Positions 1-12,657 of a stretch of DNA of 64,000 nucleotides are shown here, one piece after another. The translations under genes and the position numbers were made by a program. The notes under the pieces are model-generated. The model ran no database searches. It was not told the origin of the DNA and saw only the letters and a program-made list of their open reading frames with translations. Position 1 is the first letter of the stretch; the number at the start of each line of letters is the position of its first letter. Origin of the DNA: Octopus sinensis (taxonomy: Eukaryota); the NCBI RefSeq assembly GCF_006345805.1, contig NC_043000.1:43152001-43216000 (forward strand), given 5' to 3'.

Positions 1-449
1 ATCTTTCTTCCTTGGCCTGACTGCCAACCGCCAACACCTCTTACGTCCCTCTCCTATTTTCCTGCCTTAAGGCTTTCACTTTATACACGTCAGCTCAATT
101 CATTTGTCCTCAGTCGAAAGGCACTTGTTGTTATATTCTTGTTCTTTTTAATTGTAATTGTGTACCATGTTCTCCGTTTTTTTGTCTTTGTTGTTGTACA
201 CATTCGTTAGCTTTCTTCCCAAAAATCTAATGTTTTTTGCTTAGACGTTTATGGGGGAAACCAGATGGAACAGTCTCAAGTGAAACTGCCTGCAACAGTA
301 AGGACATCTGGTAGCTTAACTGACGAAAGGAGGCTACGAATGACTCGTCATTTTTTACCTGTCTCTCTAATTGCTGTTTTTCCTGTTCACCTTTGTATCG
401 TCTATCTGTTCGAATGTTTTATTGTCCTCTATTGCTCTTTTGTTTCATT

Positions 450-482
<33 letters not shown>

Positions 483-890
483 TAATACACACACACACAT
501 ATATGCATACATATGCATATATGTGTACAGGACGTCAGCAACAGTAAATAAAATGCAATGCGAATACAAACAAGTTCAATACGAAAACAATAAGAGAAGC
601 AAATGGAAAACTGGAAAAGTAACACAAAGAAAGACCATTTATCAGTCATCGGCTGTCTATCTACTCCTCGTTTCGAGCATTGAACGACAATGTGATTCTT
701 TGAAGATAGTCGCTTCCATAAGTACCAAGATAAAATTTGGGATTTATGGAGGGTCAAAGTTGGGAATAAAACAGGACAGTGGAGAATTTTGGATAATTCT
801 TTATTAGCGCTTTCGTTCGTTTAACCGAATTCTTCAAAAAAATTGAGACAATATAGTATTCCATCTTTTCCTTAATATTATATATATATA

Positions 891-939
<49 letters not shown>

Positions 940-946
<7 letters not shown>

Positions 947-1260
947 TTCCTAAAATGTATATACAAGAAAAATAAAACTGTTTACAGTCCAAGTCATTCG
1001 AAACAACGAATCTTGTAGGCACTCACCTACAGACAAATACCGACATGCTGAATAATCGAACAAAATGAAACCGAGTTTATTGAACGTGGTACCTTTTGAA
1101 ACGTCACCTGATGAGACTAGACTGCACGGAAGGAAGCACCATAACCAGTTGTATAGTATTTCACCCGCGAGGACTTGAGGCATGATGGGTCGAAACAATC
1201 GTCGTGACTAATAAAACAAATTCGTGACATCTCTTTTTCTATTTCTCTCATTTGTTATAT
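940..1260 (+). mobile_element. Short non-autonomous Penelope-like pseudo-LTR module inserted between (TA)n tracts
   Basis: About 320 bp of non-repetitive sequence bounded by (TA)n on both sides and carrying a type I hammerhead motif. The PLE assignment is inferred from the established HHR/pLTR association. Confidence 0.55.
1103..1208 (+). ncRNA. Type I hammerhead ribozyme motif with long stem II insertion
   Basis: GTCAC(1103-07) CTGATGA(1108-14) GACT...69 nt...GGTC(1188-91) GAAA C AATC G TC GTGAC(1204-08). Stem I is 5 perfect bp, stem II is 4 bp, and the GUC triplet gives predicted cleavage after 1203. Confidence 0.72.
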
Positions 1261-1312
1261 GTATATATATATATAATATATATATATATATCTATATATA
1301 TATATATAATAT

Positions 1313-1369
<57 letters not shown>

Positions 1370-1419
1370 TATATATACTAGCTTAAGGTGACCCGCTCTA
1401 CGCGCGGGTAAGAGTGTGG

Positions 1420-1765
1420 TGTTATTTTCTGTTGCATTCTTTCGGCACGTATAAAGCACTATCCGAACGTGGCCGATGGCAGCGCTGCCTTGACTGGCTT
1501 CTGTGCCGGTGGCACTAAAAAGCACCAACCGATCTTGGTCGCTGCCAGTGCCCCCTCCCCCCGTAGCACCTGTGCCGGTGGCACGAAAAAAGCTCCCACT
1601 ACAATCACGGAGTGGTTGGCGTTAGGAAGGGCATCCAGCTGTAGAAACACTGCCAGATCAGACTGGAGCCTGGTGCTGCCTCCTGGATTTCCAGACCCCG
1701 GACAAACCGTCCAACCCGTGCTAGCACGGAAAACGGTCGTTAAACGATGATGATGATGATGATGA
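1420..1765 (+). mobile_element. SINE-like repeat with (GAT)n tail
   Basis: Internal repeated TGTGCCGGTGGCAC, the motif TGGTTGGCGTTAGGAAGGGCATCCAGCTGTAGAAAC and a terminal (GAT)n tail, as in common octopus short interspersed repeats (recognition from memory). Confidence 0.6.
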
Positions 1766-2084
1766 TTCCCCCTCTTTGTTTCTCTCCCCTTTCTCTCTCC
1801 CTTTCCCACTCTCTTACTCTTCCTTTCTCTCGGACTCTCCCCCGCTTTCTATTACTCTCTATCTTTCTCTATCTATCTCTCTCCCATTTATAAACAACGA
1901 AAGATCTTGAGTAATTTGAGAAAAAAAGTAGTTTGAAAGATCAATCATAAATATCAGGCAGTGACAACGGAAAGGTCTGCTTCCAGGCAGAAAGCAAAAC
2001 ACTAACATTTAAAAGGAACAGACGAACTTGCGAGCTGAATAAAAATTAAAAAATATTGGAAACCAAAGTTTGAAAGGATAGAAT

Positions 2085-2418
2085 GTGAGGATTAAAAGAC
2101 TCCGCCGGTTACGACGACGAGGGTCCCAGCTGATACGATCAACGGAACAGCTTGCTCGTGAAATTAACGTGCAAATGGCTGAGCATTCCACAGACACGTG
2201 TACCTTAACGTAGTTCTCGGGGATAATCAGCGTGACACAGAGAGTGACAAGGCTGACCCTTTGAAATACAAGTACAACTCATTTTGCCAGCTGAGTGGAC
2301 TGGAGCAACGTGAAATAAAGTGTCTTGCTCAAGGACACAACGCGTCGTCGGGAATCGAACTCACAACCTTACGATCATGAGCCGAATGCCCTAACCACTA
2401 AGCCACGCGCCCTCACTT
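2085..2418 (-). mobile_element. tRNA-derived SINE with CORE-like domain
   Basis: Minus strand reads GTGAGGGCGCGTGGCTTAGTGG (A box) ... GAGTTCGATTCC (B box) ... TGTGTCCTTGAGCAAGACACTT (CORE-like). Confidence 0.85.
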
Positions 2419-2437
2419 GTGAGGATAGTAGAGTCAC

Positions 2438-2690
2438 CATGGCTGGCATTTCTTAACGACGGACAGTAACATAGTGGCAGTTTAACGGCTGGCGTAAAAT
2501 TTTGAACTTGATGTAAAAGAAAATTCCTAAACACCAAGCTTTGAAGTGATTCTTTCTCACGACAGTAGGCTAACCATGGCAAGCATTCAAAACTTCTTCA
2601 TCATGGACGGCAACACATTGACGATTTAAAGGCTGGCGCAAATTTTTTAGCTTCATGTAACAGAGAATTCCTAAACACTCGCTCCTGTAA
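2438..2690. repeat. Diverged tandem duplication of about 135 bp
   Basis: CATGGC...TTTAACGGCTGGCGTAAAATTTTGAACTTGATGTAAAAGAAAATTCCTAAACAC is repeated as CATGGC...TTTAAAGGCTGGCGCAAATTTTTTAGCTTCATGTAACAGAGAATTCCTAAACAC. Confidence 0.6.
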
Positions 2691-2945
2691 ATTTTAATCC
2701 CCTTCAAGCCCCATTTAGACCTCTTTTCACATTTTGGTTAATATAACCCAATTTCATTCGGGTCTACTCGGGTCACATTTTATAAGATGAAGAATTTTGT
2801 CCTAGAGGTCACATCTTTCATTTGAGAAAAAAAAATAGTTGCCATGCAAACTCGCCAGCAGTTTTAACATAGGTGTCCATATTTTCAGCACAACCGACCA
2901 CATAATGCATACATTATATATATAAATATATATATATATACGCAT

Positions 2946-2978
<33 letters not shown>

Positions 2979-3606
2979 ACGCATTATATATACAAATGTA
3001 TACAAATTATATATATATATATATAACCACTATTAGGCAAATCAAACAATGAAAAACATAAACGAAAACATAAAAATATATAAAATATAAAATTTAAAAA
3101 TTTAAATTATTTAAATTTAAAATTAAAATTATTGATTTATATTTATAAAGAGAAAGTGAAAGGGAGTTAGATGCTGTTAAACGACGTCATATATAGAAAG
3201 TGATGGGAAGGGAGGAAAGAGAGTGAGTGACGGAGGAAGACAGATACATAAAAGAATGAGAGTAGACTTGTCAAAGTGCGCTTTTGGCCCTAGCAACGAC
3301 ACCTTTTAAGATAGGGATTTCTGTAAATTTTGGAGTCAATCCGACGGGATCTAGTGGCCTTTAATCCGTTCTCAATGCCAAAACCAGACAAACAAACAAA
3401 TTTTTCGCATTTCAGATTTATAATATAGAGAAGATATGTATACGTACGTACGTATGTATGTATGTATGTATGTATGTATGTATGTATGTAGTATGTATGT
3501 ATGTATGTATGTATGTATGTATGTATGTGTGTATGTATGTATGTATATATGTATGCGTATATGTATTGGTGTGTGTATATGTATATATGTAGATGTAAAT
3601 ATGTAG

Positions 3607-3644
<38 letters not shown>

Positions 3645-3809
3645 CAAGTGCGCTTATATGTATATACAATGATTCTACATGAGTACCTGCATCGCTTAAA
3701 TTAGAAGTCAAAAATCCTTTTTTTATCAACGAAAATTCACAAAATATATACAGATATGGTAGGAAAAAATTCCATTGAACAATAATATATGAGGGCAAAT
3801 TCTATTTAG

Positions 3810-3911
3810 CTGACAGATCTCGACTGAGGAGAGGCAGGCACCTTTCAGGAGCTAAATTTGAAACCTGTGTATCGAGGTTAATCGCAAATGCTTTTGATGT
3901 ACTCGACGGAG
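3810..3911 (+). CDS. Candidate internal coding exon (phase 1-1, 102 nt) of an unidentified host gene
   Basis: Acceptor TTCTATTTAG|, donor GAG|GTAAGA, locally higher GC, and open frame DRSRLRRGRHLSGAKFETCVSRLIANAFDVLDG. No family recognised. Confidence 0.35.
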
Positions 3912-4824
3912 GTAAGACGGCTTTATTGTTCACTGGAATTTTTCCCTTCCATGACTGTATATATTTTGTGACTTTTCGGTGGCAAAGAAGTATTTTCGAC
4001 TTCTATTTTTCGCGATGCAGGTACTCATGTTTTACCATTGTATATATACATTTCTAGATAGTAACGTATTACCCCAAAACGATTACCGGCTTGTTCTCAG
4101 TTAGGTATTCAAAATGTGTTATTCAATAGTTAACATATAAATCCAATAAAGTTCTTATAAGATAAGAAATTAGAAGAATTTTACGTTGGATAATTCTGAA
4201 TAAATTTCCTTAACCATATAGGTTTCGTGGTGTATAACTATTAACACTATTAATAATTACCATTACTACGAAGTTGCACAGCGTTACCTTAAATCCTTTG
4301 AACTATGTACAGCCTTACATAGACCAACACATATTTCAATTGCATAGATTTGTAACCGTTGCAATTTCTTCAGGGGCTTTACTTGATATCCTTCGAATTT
4401 GCCGTTTAAAGATTTTTTTTATCTACTCTGCTGTAGATATAATGTAGAGCTCTCCGTTAAGTTAGACGCGAACAATCATCATTTCAAGTTTTTATTGGAT
4501 AATCAGTTTTAGTGCATTATTTCAAAACATTCTATAGTTTAAACGATAATTATTCATTTATACTTCGCAAATGGAAATTTCTTATGTGTAAGCATCTCAG
4601 TGCTTGTTCCTGTTTAGAATTTATTACATTACTCTTGGATGTGAAAATCCGGTTAAATTCTCCTAAATATAAGTCACATCTATTGCTTCCAAGTCTGTAT
4701 GGTTTTGCAATACAAATTAATTCCCTTAGAAAATTACTATTTGTAAATCTTACGACGAGAGATATTCAGCAACAGTACTTTGGAATAAAGATTGTTTGCC
4801 AACATAACATGGTAGTGCTGGTTT

Positions 4825-5100
4825 AGGACGAACGTTGCTGTAATTTAGCCCCAGGAGACATCGTCTCCAGCTGGCTATACGACACGATCTGTGTCCTTAT
4901 ATTTTCGAACAATGGAATCTAGCACCCCCACTCAGCTCAAAACAATACACAGATACGCTTGAAAACCGATGTTGGTGTGTTTACGTCCTCGTAACTTAGA
5001 GGTTCAGAAAAAAAGACTAAGAATAAGTACTAGACTTGCAAAGAATAAGTTCCGGGGCCGAGTTGTTCGAATTAAAGTGGTTCTTCAAATGACTCAAACG
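4825..5100 (+). mobile_element. Decayed SINE copy
   Basis: ACCGATGTTGGTGTGTTTACGTCCTCGTAACTTAGAGGTTCAG...AATAAGTACTAGACTT...AAGAATAAGT; same 3' domain as at 8410-8600 and 12470-12650. Confidence 0.6.
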
Positions 5101-5671
5101 AGTAAATAAATAAATAAATAAATAAATTTTGGTTTGTCGTTCTTACTATTGAAATTTGCATAGATTTTATATACGCAAAAAAATCAAAGTGAATGGAAGT
5201 GATTTGTTTTTGTTTTGCAAATTTTTTATGTCGAACAGTTAAGTGAAGGCTATTAACAAACGAACCCAATTATAAACTATTTTGTATGTAGTTCACTTGT
5301 TTACGAATCGTTATTTTATATAGCCTGTATGTCTAAATTCACAAGACTGTCTTTTCAAACTTTTTGTCGTTGTAGCGAAAAATTTTAGCAGTTCAGTTTG
5401 GCTGCACAATTTTCCTTCCTTTATACTGGAACATTCGTTGTGACGATTTTCTTAGCATGGAGATTCATTTAACATTCTTTCAATGAAAATGTGAGTCTGG
5501 CTGGAGATGAAATTACAAAAGAGTTATGCTGTAAATTTAATTATATGTAGTAAGCGTTATACCCGCATTTCACCTCCTTGTCTCTCTCTATATCTATCTA
5601 TCTGCTTCTCTGACTCGACTCTCTGTCAGTCTATCCAGTTAGCTAGCTACAGTGTATGTATATATATACAG

Positions 5672-5721
<50 letters not shown>

Positions 5722-5954
5722 ACACACATATATACACAAACACACACACACATGCTAACACACACATACATATTCACACACAATACACACACACTCATAT
5801 GGAGAAAGTTAGTTTAAAATAACTTTTAAAAGTTATTAATTATTTCAAAATTGTTTAGTTACCAGAATATCGAGCTTTGAGTATGAAGTTTTCGCAAAGA
5901 GTGCTTTTTGCGTATAAACGTGTTTGGATTCAGCTTTTCGGACACATGTATTCT

Positions 5955-6740
5955 GGGCTATTGCAATGACACAGACACGCAAGAATATTTAGATTTCAGA
6001 TCTGACCACTTTTCTCTTACAAAAGCGAATATATTATTCAAGACGTATATATGACACAAATAGAGGGAAACGAAAGTTTCAACTAGATATGGCCATTCAA
6101 AAATAGAAATAACACATGGAGCCAATGAAAAATTCTATACAAAAGCAAAAGATATCACAATCAAAATATTTAATTTGTAGTTACCCATTATCCTAAGAAC
6201 TACAACGTCGTAGTTTCAAACAAACGATACTTCGGCATAGTCATCGAATTTCTGACAAATATTTGAAAATCACAAATCACCACAAGCCGAAGAAAACCAC
6301 CAGATCTCAAGAAACCCCCACGAAAATCGCGATTCACATCGGAGAAAGAAATAATTATGATAGCAAATTGTGGTGAAGCACGTTGTGGAACCTATAAAAT
6401 AATTGAAGAAGGATCAACGCACAGATCAAAAAATGCAAAAGAATTGAAAGAGACGACAGACAATAATTGAAAAAAAAAGTCTCATCTCATCTATTGTATC
6501 CTATATCACAATGCACCGCGAATTACGCTTGGGAAACAGCGACAAAACTAGCCAAACGTGCAAATGTACAGATTGCATTTCGTGTAGTAGACATCAAGAC
6601 ATTTATGCAAATGGAACATTTAAAATTTTCTACTTTTACAAAATAAAAGATGAAAATGATCAAGTACGAAAGGCAAAGAAAAATTTTATATAAGAATTCT
6701 AAATCAGAAACTAAACTGAAAATACTCAACACTGAAAACA
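5955..6740 (+). pseudogene. Penelope-like element ORF remnant: RT C-terminal region plus GIY-YIG endonuclease
   Basis: Frameshifted translation gives YCNDTDTQEYLDFRSDH..., CGEARCGTYKIIEEGS..., LIYCIL..CTANYAWETATKL..., SRHQDIYANGTFKIF..KDENDQVRKAK. This matches the PLE layout CxxxxC...LIYCIxCxxC...YVGET...RKxKE. Confidence 0.75.
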
Positions 6741-6823
6741 ACTTCCCTTATATACATTAGAACAGAACATATATGCTTAAAAAAAATGAACGAAAGAGCT
6801 TACTCTTAAAATACACTGTACGA

Positions 6824-6878
<55 letters not shown>

Positions 6879-6939
6879 TGTGTGTGTGTGTGTGTATGTG
6901 TATATATATGCACACATATATATATGCACATATATATAC

Positions 6940-6971
<32 letters not shown>

Positions 6972-8374
6972 CATACATACATACATACATTCACACACAC
7001 ACACACACACGCAAATACATATGAAACGACCAACTGAGTACGAATCGATACCCAAACATACTGTATCCTCTTTCAAACATACTTCATGAGAGGTTTCAAT
7101 CTTTCATATGCAATTACTAAATATGTTTCATAGCTTATATGATAAACAGCCAAAAATAAATGAGTATAATCAAGAAATTTAATGTTAAAATACCGTTGGC
7201 AATGAAAACTTTCGTACATGTAAACAAAACACTTAAGCATTCTGACAATCATGAAAATTAACCTATAGAGTAGGTTGGTGGGTGTCAAACCTATTCTCCG
7301 ATGGAAATATATTAAATCGAGCGAAAAATTACTTTACTGCGTTAATAAGTATCTAGAAAGTTTAAACAAAATATATGTTGCATTACCGCAAAATAATAGA
7401 TAGATGGAGAGATTAGTTGTTTGAATAATTGAGTCTTTCTCATAGCGTCAGAGTATCATCTAATATAGTTTGTACAGTCTTTCACTTGATGAGAAAACAA
7501 TGAAGATTAAGGTTATACTCTTATAATTTGACATTATTTCACCTAAAATATTCAACTACAAATCAAATCACAGAAATAGCACCGAAAATACCATCTCGTG
7601 ACTAACAAAGGCATTTGTATATAGTGCAAGGTAATTGAAGTTAGTATTGTAAATCTTGCAAAATGCCGAGAGGAAATGAACTTAAAACCAGATGTATCCA
7701 ACATATTCCCTCTTTTACATTCAGATTTGAAATTAACACTGAATCCATCATACGGAATGATACGGAACAGTAATGAATTTAACAAACTCGTTGAAGGTAC
7801 AACTACATAATCAAGTGGAGGAAAGAGTTAATAATATTTTTATTCCTTGGCAACAATATCATTTTTGACAGAGAGATGTGTTTTGATTTAGAATACCGAA
7901 ATAATTTCTTGTACGCTCGTATTGATAAATTCTCACTGAAAAACTTGCAACAACAGATCGGCTAACAGCCAAACATCCACTCAACATCATAGGTATAGAC
8001 ACACAGAAACACCATGCAATGATTCACCTCTGTATTAATTCAAAACCAAATCCTTCACACCTGACAAATACTAGCTCCTTCATTGTAATATCACCCCAAT
8101 CTTGAGTTACATGACAATTAGGCATCTATCAAAATCCTGTACAACTGTGTTTCTGTGCAATTTATCACCTAAATAGTAACAACATAACCTTGTTTATTTA
8201 AGGACGGTGCATCTGAGTGCACAATCAGATTCTCCTGACTCTCATTTTGCTGAATTTAAGCAGATAGTGAGAAACGCTAAGTAGTAGTTAGAAAAATCTT
8301 CATTTTTAAGCAAATACACAAACTTGGGTAAGTGTATATATATGTTTGTGTATATATATCTATGTGTGTGGTGT

Positions 8375-8625
8375 GTGTGTGTGTTTTTGTGTCTGTGTTT
8401 GTTCGCCCACCACTATTTGACAACCGGTGTTGGTGTGTTTGCGTCCCCGTAACAAGCGGTTCGGCAAAAAGAACTGATAGAATAAGTACCAGGTTTAAAA
8501 AAAAAAAGTCTTGGGGGTCTATTTGTTCGACTAAAAATTTAAGGCGGTTCCCCAGCATGGCCACATTCTAATGACTGAACAAGTAAAAGATAACAGATAA
8601 TCTGTACTCTTTTACTCTTTTACAG
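8375..8625 (+). mobile_element. SINE 3' half
   Basis: GACAACCGGTGTTGGTGTGTTTGCGTCCCCGTAAC...GATAGAATAAGTACCAGG...AAGGCGGTTCCCCAGCATGGCC...ATGACTGAACAAGTAAAAGATAA. Confidence 0.7.
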
Positions 8626-8779
8626 TTTTGATCCATCCATCCATCCATCCATCCATCCATCCATCCATCCATCCATCCATCCATCCATCCATCCATCCAT
8701 CCATCCATCCATCTATCTATCTATCTATCTATCTATACATACATACATACATACACGCACACACACACACGCATATATA

Positions 8780-8960
8780 TATATATACGGAGAGACCAGG
8801 ACCTAGTGAGATCGTGGTTTCAATTCCTAGACCGAGTGTTGTGTTGTGTTCTTGAGCAAAAATTACTTCACCTCATGTTGCTCTGCAATCACTTCAACAC
8901 CTGATATCTGGTATACCTGTTCATGCAACCTTGATTTGATGGGTCGGGGGAAGTAAACTA
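8780..8960 (+). mobile_element. Decayed tRNA/CORE-type SINE head
   Basis: GGTTTCAATTCCTAGACCG...GTGTTCTTGAGCAAAAATTACTTCACCTCATGTTGCTC resembles the SINE at 2085-2418. Confidence 0.55.
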
Positions 8961-9062
8961 ATGTACACCAGATACATTTTATCATTATTATCAAAATCAT
9001 TTGTGCAGGCCCTTCGGCAAAAGCAGATCACTCATACTTCATCTTCGATGGGGGAGTCCATC

Positions 9063-9099
<37 letters not shown>

Positions 9100-9199
9100 T
9101 ATATGTGTGTATATGTATATATGTACATCTTTGCGCATTTTCAGAGAATACTGAACTGTCTTACACAGTTTTAGGAATTCCCAATAAGTTATGAATACC

Positions 9200-10010
9200 G
9201 AAATTGTGAGGTCAGTTATGTAATAATCAAATGTGGAATTGCCTTGACCTCCCATAGCTTCCACTTGGGTGTCCAGGTCAAGTAATGCCTCATTGTAAAT
9301 GGCGTTATTGAACGTGGCAATTTCTCCCGAGGTTTGCATTTGAAACACTTTCTAGAAGTTCCCTGCCATGCTGGTTTTGTGGATCGCCCAAAGCCTGTGA
9401 GGTTCACGCAAGCCTCAGGTCATCAACGAGATAGAAAATAGCTGGTGCAGTTGACTCAGTGCTGTACTGACTGCTGCCTCCTCCAGTGTCTGGTCCCAGT
9501 GAACATTGTCCTCGAGTAGCCCATATTTGGCGCAGGCTTCTTTATAGGCCGTGCATACCATCCATTATGTCTTCGAAAGTCTGTGAATGATGTAGGACCT
9601 CAAACAGTGTAAAGCAGTAGGTGCAGAAAGAAGCACTCCCGCTGATTAGGGTGCACAGTGTACATCCGAACGATGGCCCCACTTCTGAAGACTCTATTCT
9701 TCCCAGCCCTCAATGTGTGTTCCTTGCTTGCGTCTGTTCCATCTATTGTGTGTCCAGTTATAGTACACGGGGACCTCTACACACAACAGTGTCCGGGCAA
9801 ACAGATCACATTAGCATAATTTGAAGAAAGCTGTCAAAGGGGTTTCTCATGGATTCAGAACTACGTTTCGAGCATTGTCTTCTGTGAAATATACACGCTG
9901 GCCATTTTCAAGATGAAGAGATATATTTTAGGAAGATGTTCCTACATGTAAACAAGATGTGACCTTTGTGTTGACAGTGTATTTGGCTAAAAGCAGAACA
10001 GTCCTCCATG
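9200..10010 (-). pseudogene. Helitron Rep/helicase fragment with stops and frameshifts
   Basis: Minus-strand translation gives HLENGQRVYFTEDNA..ETPLTAFFKLC..LFARTLLCVEVPVYYNW..WNRRKQG..RMYTVHPNQRECFFLHLLLYTV*GPTSF..YGLLEDNVHWDQTLEEAA..IYNEALLDLDTQVEAMGG. These are diagnostic Helitron RepHel motifs. Confidence 0.9.
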
Positions 10011-10599
10011 CAGCGCTTGTCAATTGACTGAAGTGACTTGAATGGCATTGTCATTTATGGTATATTCGTGAATAAGTCACTAACCGGAATAACTGGATCT
10101 ATTATTTAGGAAAATACTATTTACTTGTTGAAGGGTTTTTCTGGATAAATTGCGAATATAACTCTAACAGTTCAAATACAAAGAAATAAGCATACTCAAT
10201 TTGATTTATACCAAATAATATAGGAAAATGAATGGGTTATTTACCTTGGCAGTTAAAATAAATTATATTTGTTATATATAGGGATCCTTTCAAGAGGCCC
10301 TATTATAAAATTTTTTAACAATATGAGTATGCCATGAGGCTTCCAGACATGAGTTCTCCTCTTATCAAAATCGATAAAATGATGTAGGAGGAGTTAGATA
10401 ACAACTACGCAATACAAATGGAATTTGAATAAATGTCAATAGGCCACGTTTAAAATAGGTTTGAAAAAGTTATCATACGCCCTCTCATCCAGGCAGCACT
10501 ACTGGCTTGATCTTCTGACTCCTGCTCCTACTCCTACACTTCGTGTAACAGTGTAATAGTTGTGAGCATTACATCTAGGTTCTGAATAGGTCGTGATGT

Positions 10600-10958
10600 C
10601 AATCGCGCCCGTCGTTATCATAAGGTTCATCACCTCCCTCAGCTGCCTTCCTTTCCGTTGTCATCGAAGCCGTCCTTGTACTCGGCGTCGTCGTCGTCAT
10701 GATCATCATTAACGATATCACCATCATCGTAATGGCCGTTGTTGTTGATATGATCATCGTCATCGTTATCCTCATACTTATTGACATCATTGCCTTCGTT
10801 ATCATCATCATCATCGTCGTCATCATCATCTTCATCATCCACACCATCATCATCGTCATCATCATCATCATCCACAATATCATCATCATCATCATCATCC
10901 ACATCGTCATCATCATCATCATCATCATCATCCACATCATCATCATCATCATCATCCA

Positions 10959-10994
<36 letters not shown>

Positions 10995-11500
10995 CATCAT
11001 CATTATCATCATCATCATCATTATCCACATCATCTTCATCATCATCATCATCATCATCCACATCATCATCATCATCATCATCATCGTCATTATCATCATC
11101 ATCATCATCATCTTGTGTACTGCAAAAAGCAGCTGCTGTATTGTAATTACTGATACACCACCACTTTCCTCATTAATGATTATCACTATTTATCATTTAT
11201 CATCGTTACCCAAGCAATCGTCAGCATCTTCATTAACAGTTCACCTTCTCTTCTCTCTCCTCATCCTTACTACTCACATTCTTGCCGTCGTCATCATGGT
11301 TACGATGACGATGATGATGTCGACAACGATGTTGACGATAGTGATCATACTGATAATGATAATGATGATGATCATCATCGTCATCAGCAGTTGGAGCAGC
11401 GTCAACAGCGACCTTCACAATTATCATCATTATCATCATCGGTACCACCATCGTCGCCACCACCGCCACTATCACCACAAAAAGGAGAACTAGCAACAGC
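10600..11500. repeat. Long degenerate (ATC/GAT)n trinucleotide tract
   Basis: About 900 bp of ATC/GTC/GAT units; source of the poly-D, poly-M, poly-I and poly-S ORFs. Confidence 0.95.
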
Positions 11501-11574
11501 GCAGTTAATAACCCGAGTAACCCCTCCAGTACAATTCCACCACAATACTAGCTCCGCAGAAGCATTAGCACAGA

Positions 11575-11812
11575 AGGCGGCGAGCTGGCAGAAACGTTAG
11601 CACGCCGGGCGAAATGCTTAGCGGTATTTCGTCTGCCGTTACGTTCTGAGTTCAAATTCCGCCGAGGTCGAATTTGCCTTTCATCCTTTCGGGGTCGATT
11701 AAATAAGTACCAGTTACGCACTGGGGTCGATATAACCGACTTAATCAATTTGTCTGTTCTTGTTTGTCCCCTCTGTGTTTAGCCCCTTGTTGGTAGTAAA
11801 GAAATAAGAAGC
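11575..11812 (+). mobile_element. MetaSINE-like octopus SINE, well-preserved copy
   Basis: GGCGAGCTGGCAGAAACGTTAGCACGCCGGGCG...GAGTTCAAATTCC (B box)...GCCTTTCATCCTTTCGGGGTCGATTAAATAAGTACCAG (Meta-like core). Confidence 0.85.
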
Positions 11813-12181
11813 ATTAGCATAATCTTTAAAACCACTGCTACAACATCACCATGACTACAATACTATCACTGCAACTACAACCACTACCAGAACTATAATT
11901 AGACTACTACCACTAACAGAAACATCACAAATATAATAGAACCACTAGCTCTACTACAAAAGTACTAATATTACAATATCTCCACTAGTTTCTCTATTCC
12001 CAGAACCCCGCGACCATCACCATCCTTTACATCAGGGGTGGGGAATCTTTTTAGTGCGGCGGGCAAAAGGTTCCAAAGATAAAGGTCCGCGTGCGGATCG
12101 AAATATGCTAGTTTTGTTATTTTCACTATTATTTAAAATCTGCATCAAACATAGAACCTGTATTAAAAAAAAACAAAAACC

Positions 12182-12355
12182 AAGGCACAGGAGTGACTTT
12201 GTAGTAAGAAGCTTGCTTCCCAGCCATATGGTTCTAGATTCAGTCCTACTGCGTGGAACCTTGGTCAAGTGTATTCTACTATAGCCACAGGCTGACGAAA
12301 GCCTTCCGAGTAGATTTGGTAGCCGGAAACTGAAAGAAGCCCGTCGTAACGTATG

Positions 12356-12427
<72 letters not shown>

Positions 12428-12657
12428 CGTGTGTGTGCAAGTGCTTGTGCGTCTGTGTTTGTCACCCCACCATCACTTGACAACAGATATTGGTGTGTTT
12501 ATGTACCCGTAACTTTACAGCTCAGCAAAAGAGAACGATACGCATAGTACTAGGCTTACAAAGAATAAGTCCTGGGGTTGATTTGTTCGACTAAATGCGG
12601 TGCTACAGCATGGCCGCAGTCAAATGACTGAAACAAATAAAAGAGTAAAAGAGTAAG
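12182..12657 (+). mobile_element. Composite SINE: tRNA-like head, internal (TA)/(TG)n, conserved 3' domain
   Basis: GGCACAGGAGTGACTTTGTAGTAAGAAGCTTGCTTCCCAGCCATATGGTTCTAGATTCAGTCC...CTGAAAGAAGCCCGTCGTA, a microsatellite, then the 3' domain ending (AAAAGAGT)2. Related heads occur at 15205-15320 and 46385-46545. Confidence 0.75.

Noticed and set aside
657-709. Minus-strand hammerhead-like fold (CTATC/GATAG stem, GAAACGAGGAGTA)
   Set aside because: The core reads TTCAAAGA rather than CTGANGA and stem II arms do not match; at best a heavily decayed copy.
2340-2418. tRNA-like sequences with A and B boxes (also 55895-55965)
   Set aside because: They continue directly into SINE cores and lack a complete cloverleaf, so they are SINE heads, not tRNA genes.
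10320-10430. Plus-strand peptide RLPDMSS..KMM*EELDNNY resembling a Helitron segment
   Set aside because: Too short and on the opposite strand to the clear Helitron fragment; unsupported.
10599-11496. Poly-Asp, poly-Met, poly-Ser and poly-Ile ORFs of 120-260 aa
   Set aside because: Nearly all frames on both strands are open because of the (ATC)n repeat; there is no splice or domain evidence.
12034-12100. CAGGGGTGGGGAATCTTTT, hAT/Charlie-like left terminus
   Set aside because: No matching right terminus or 8-bp TSD found.
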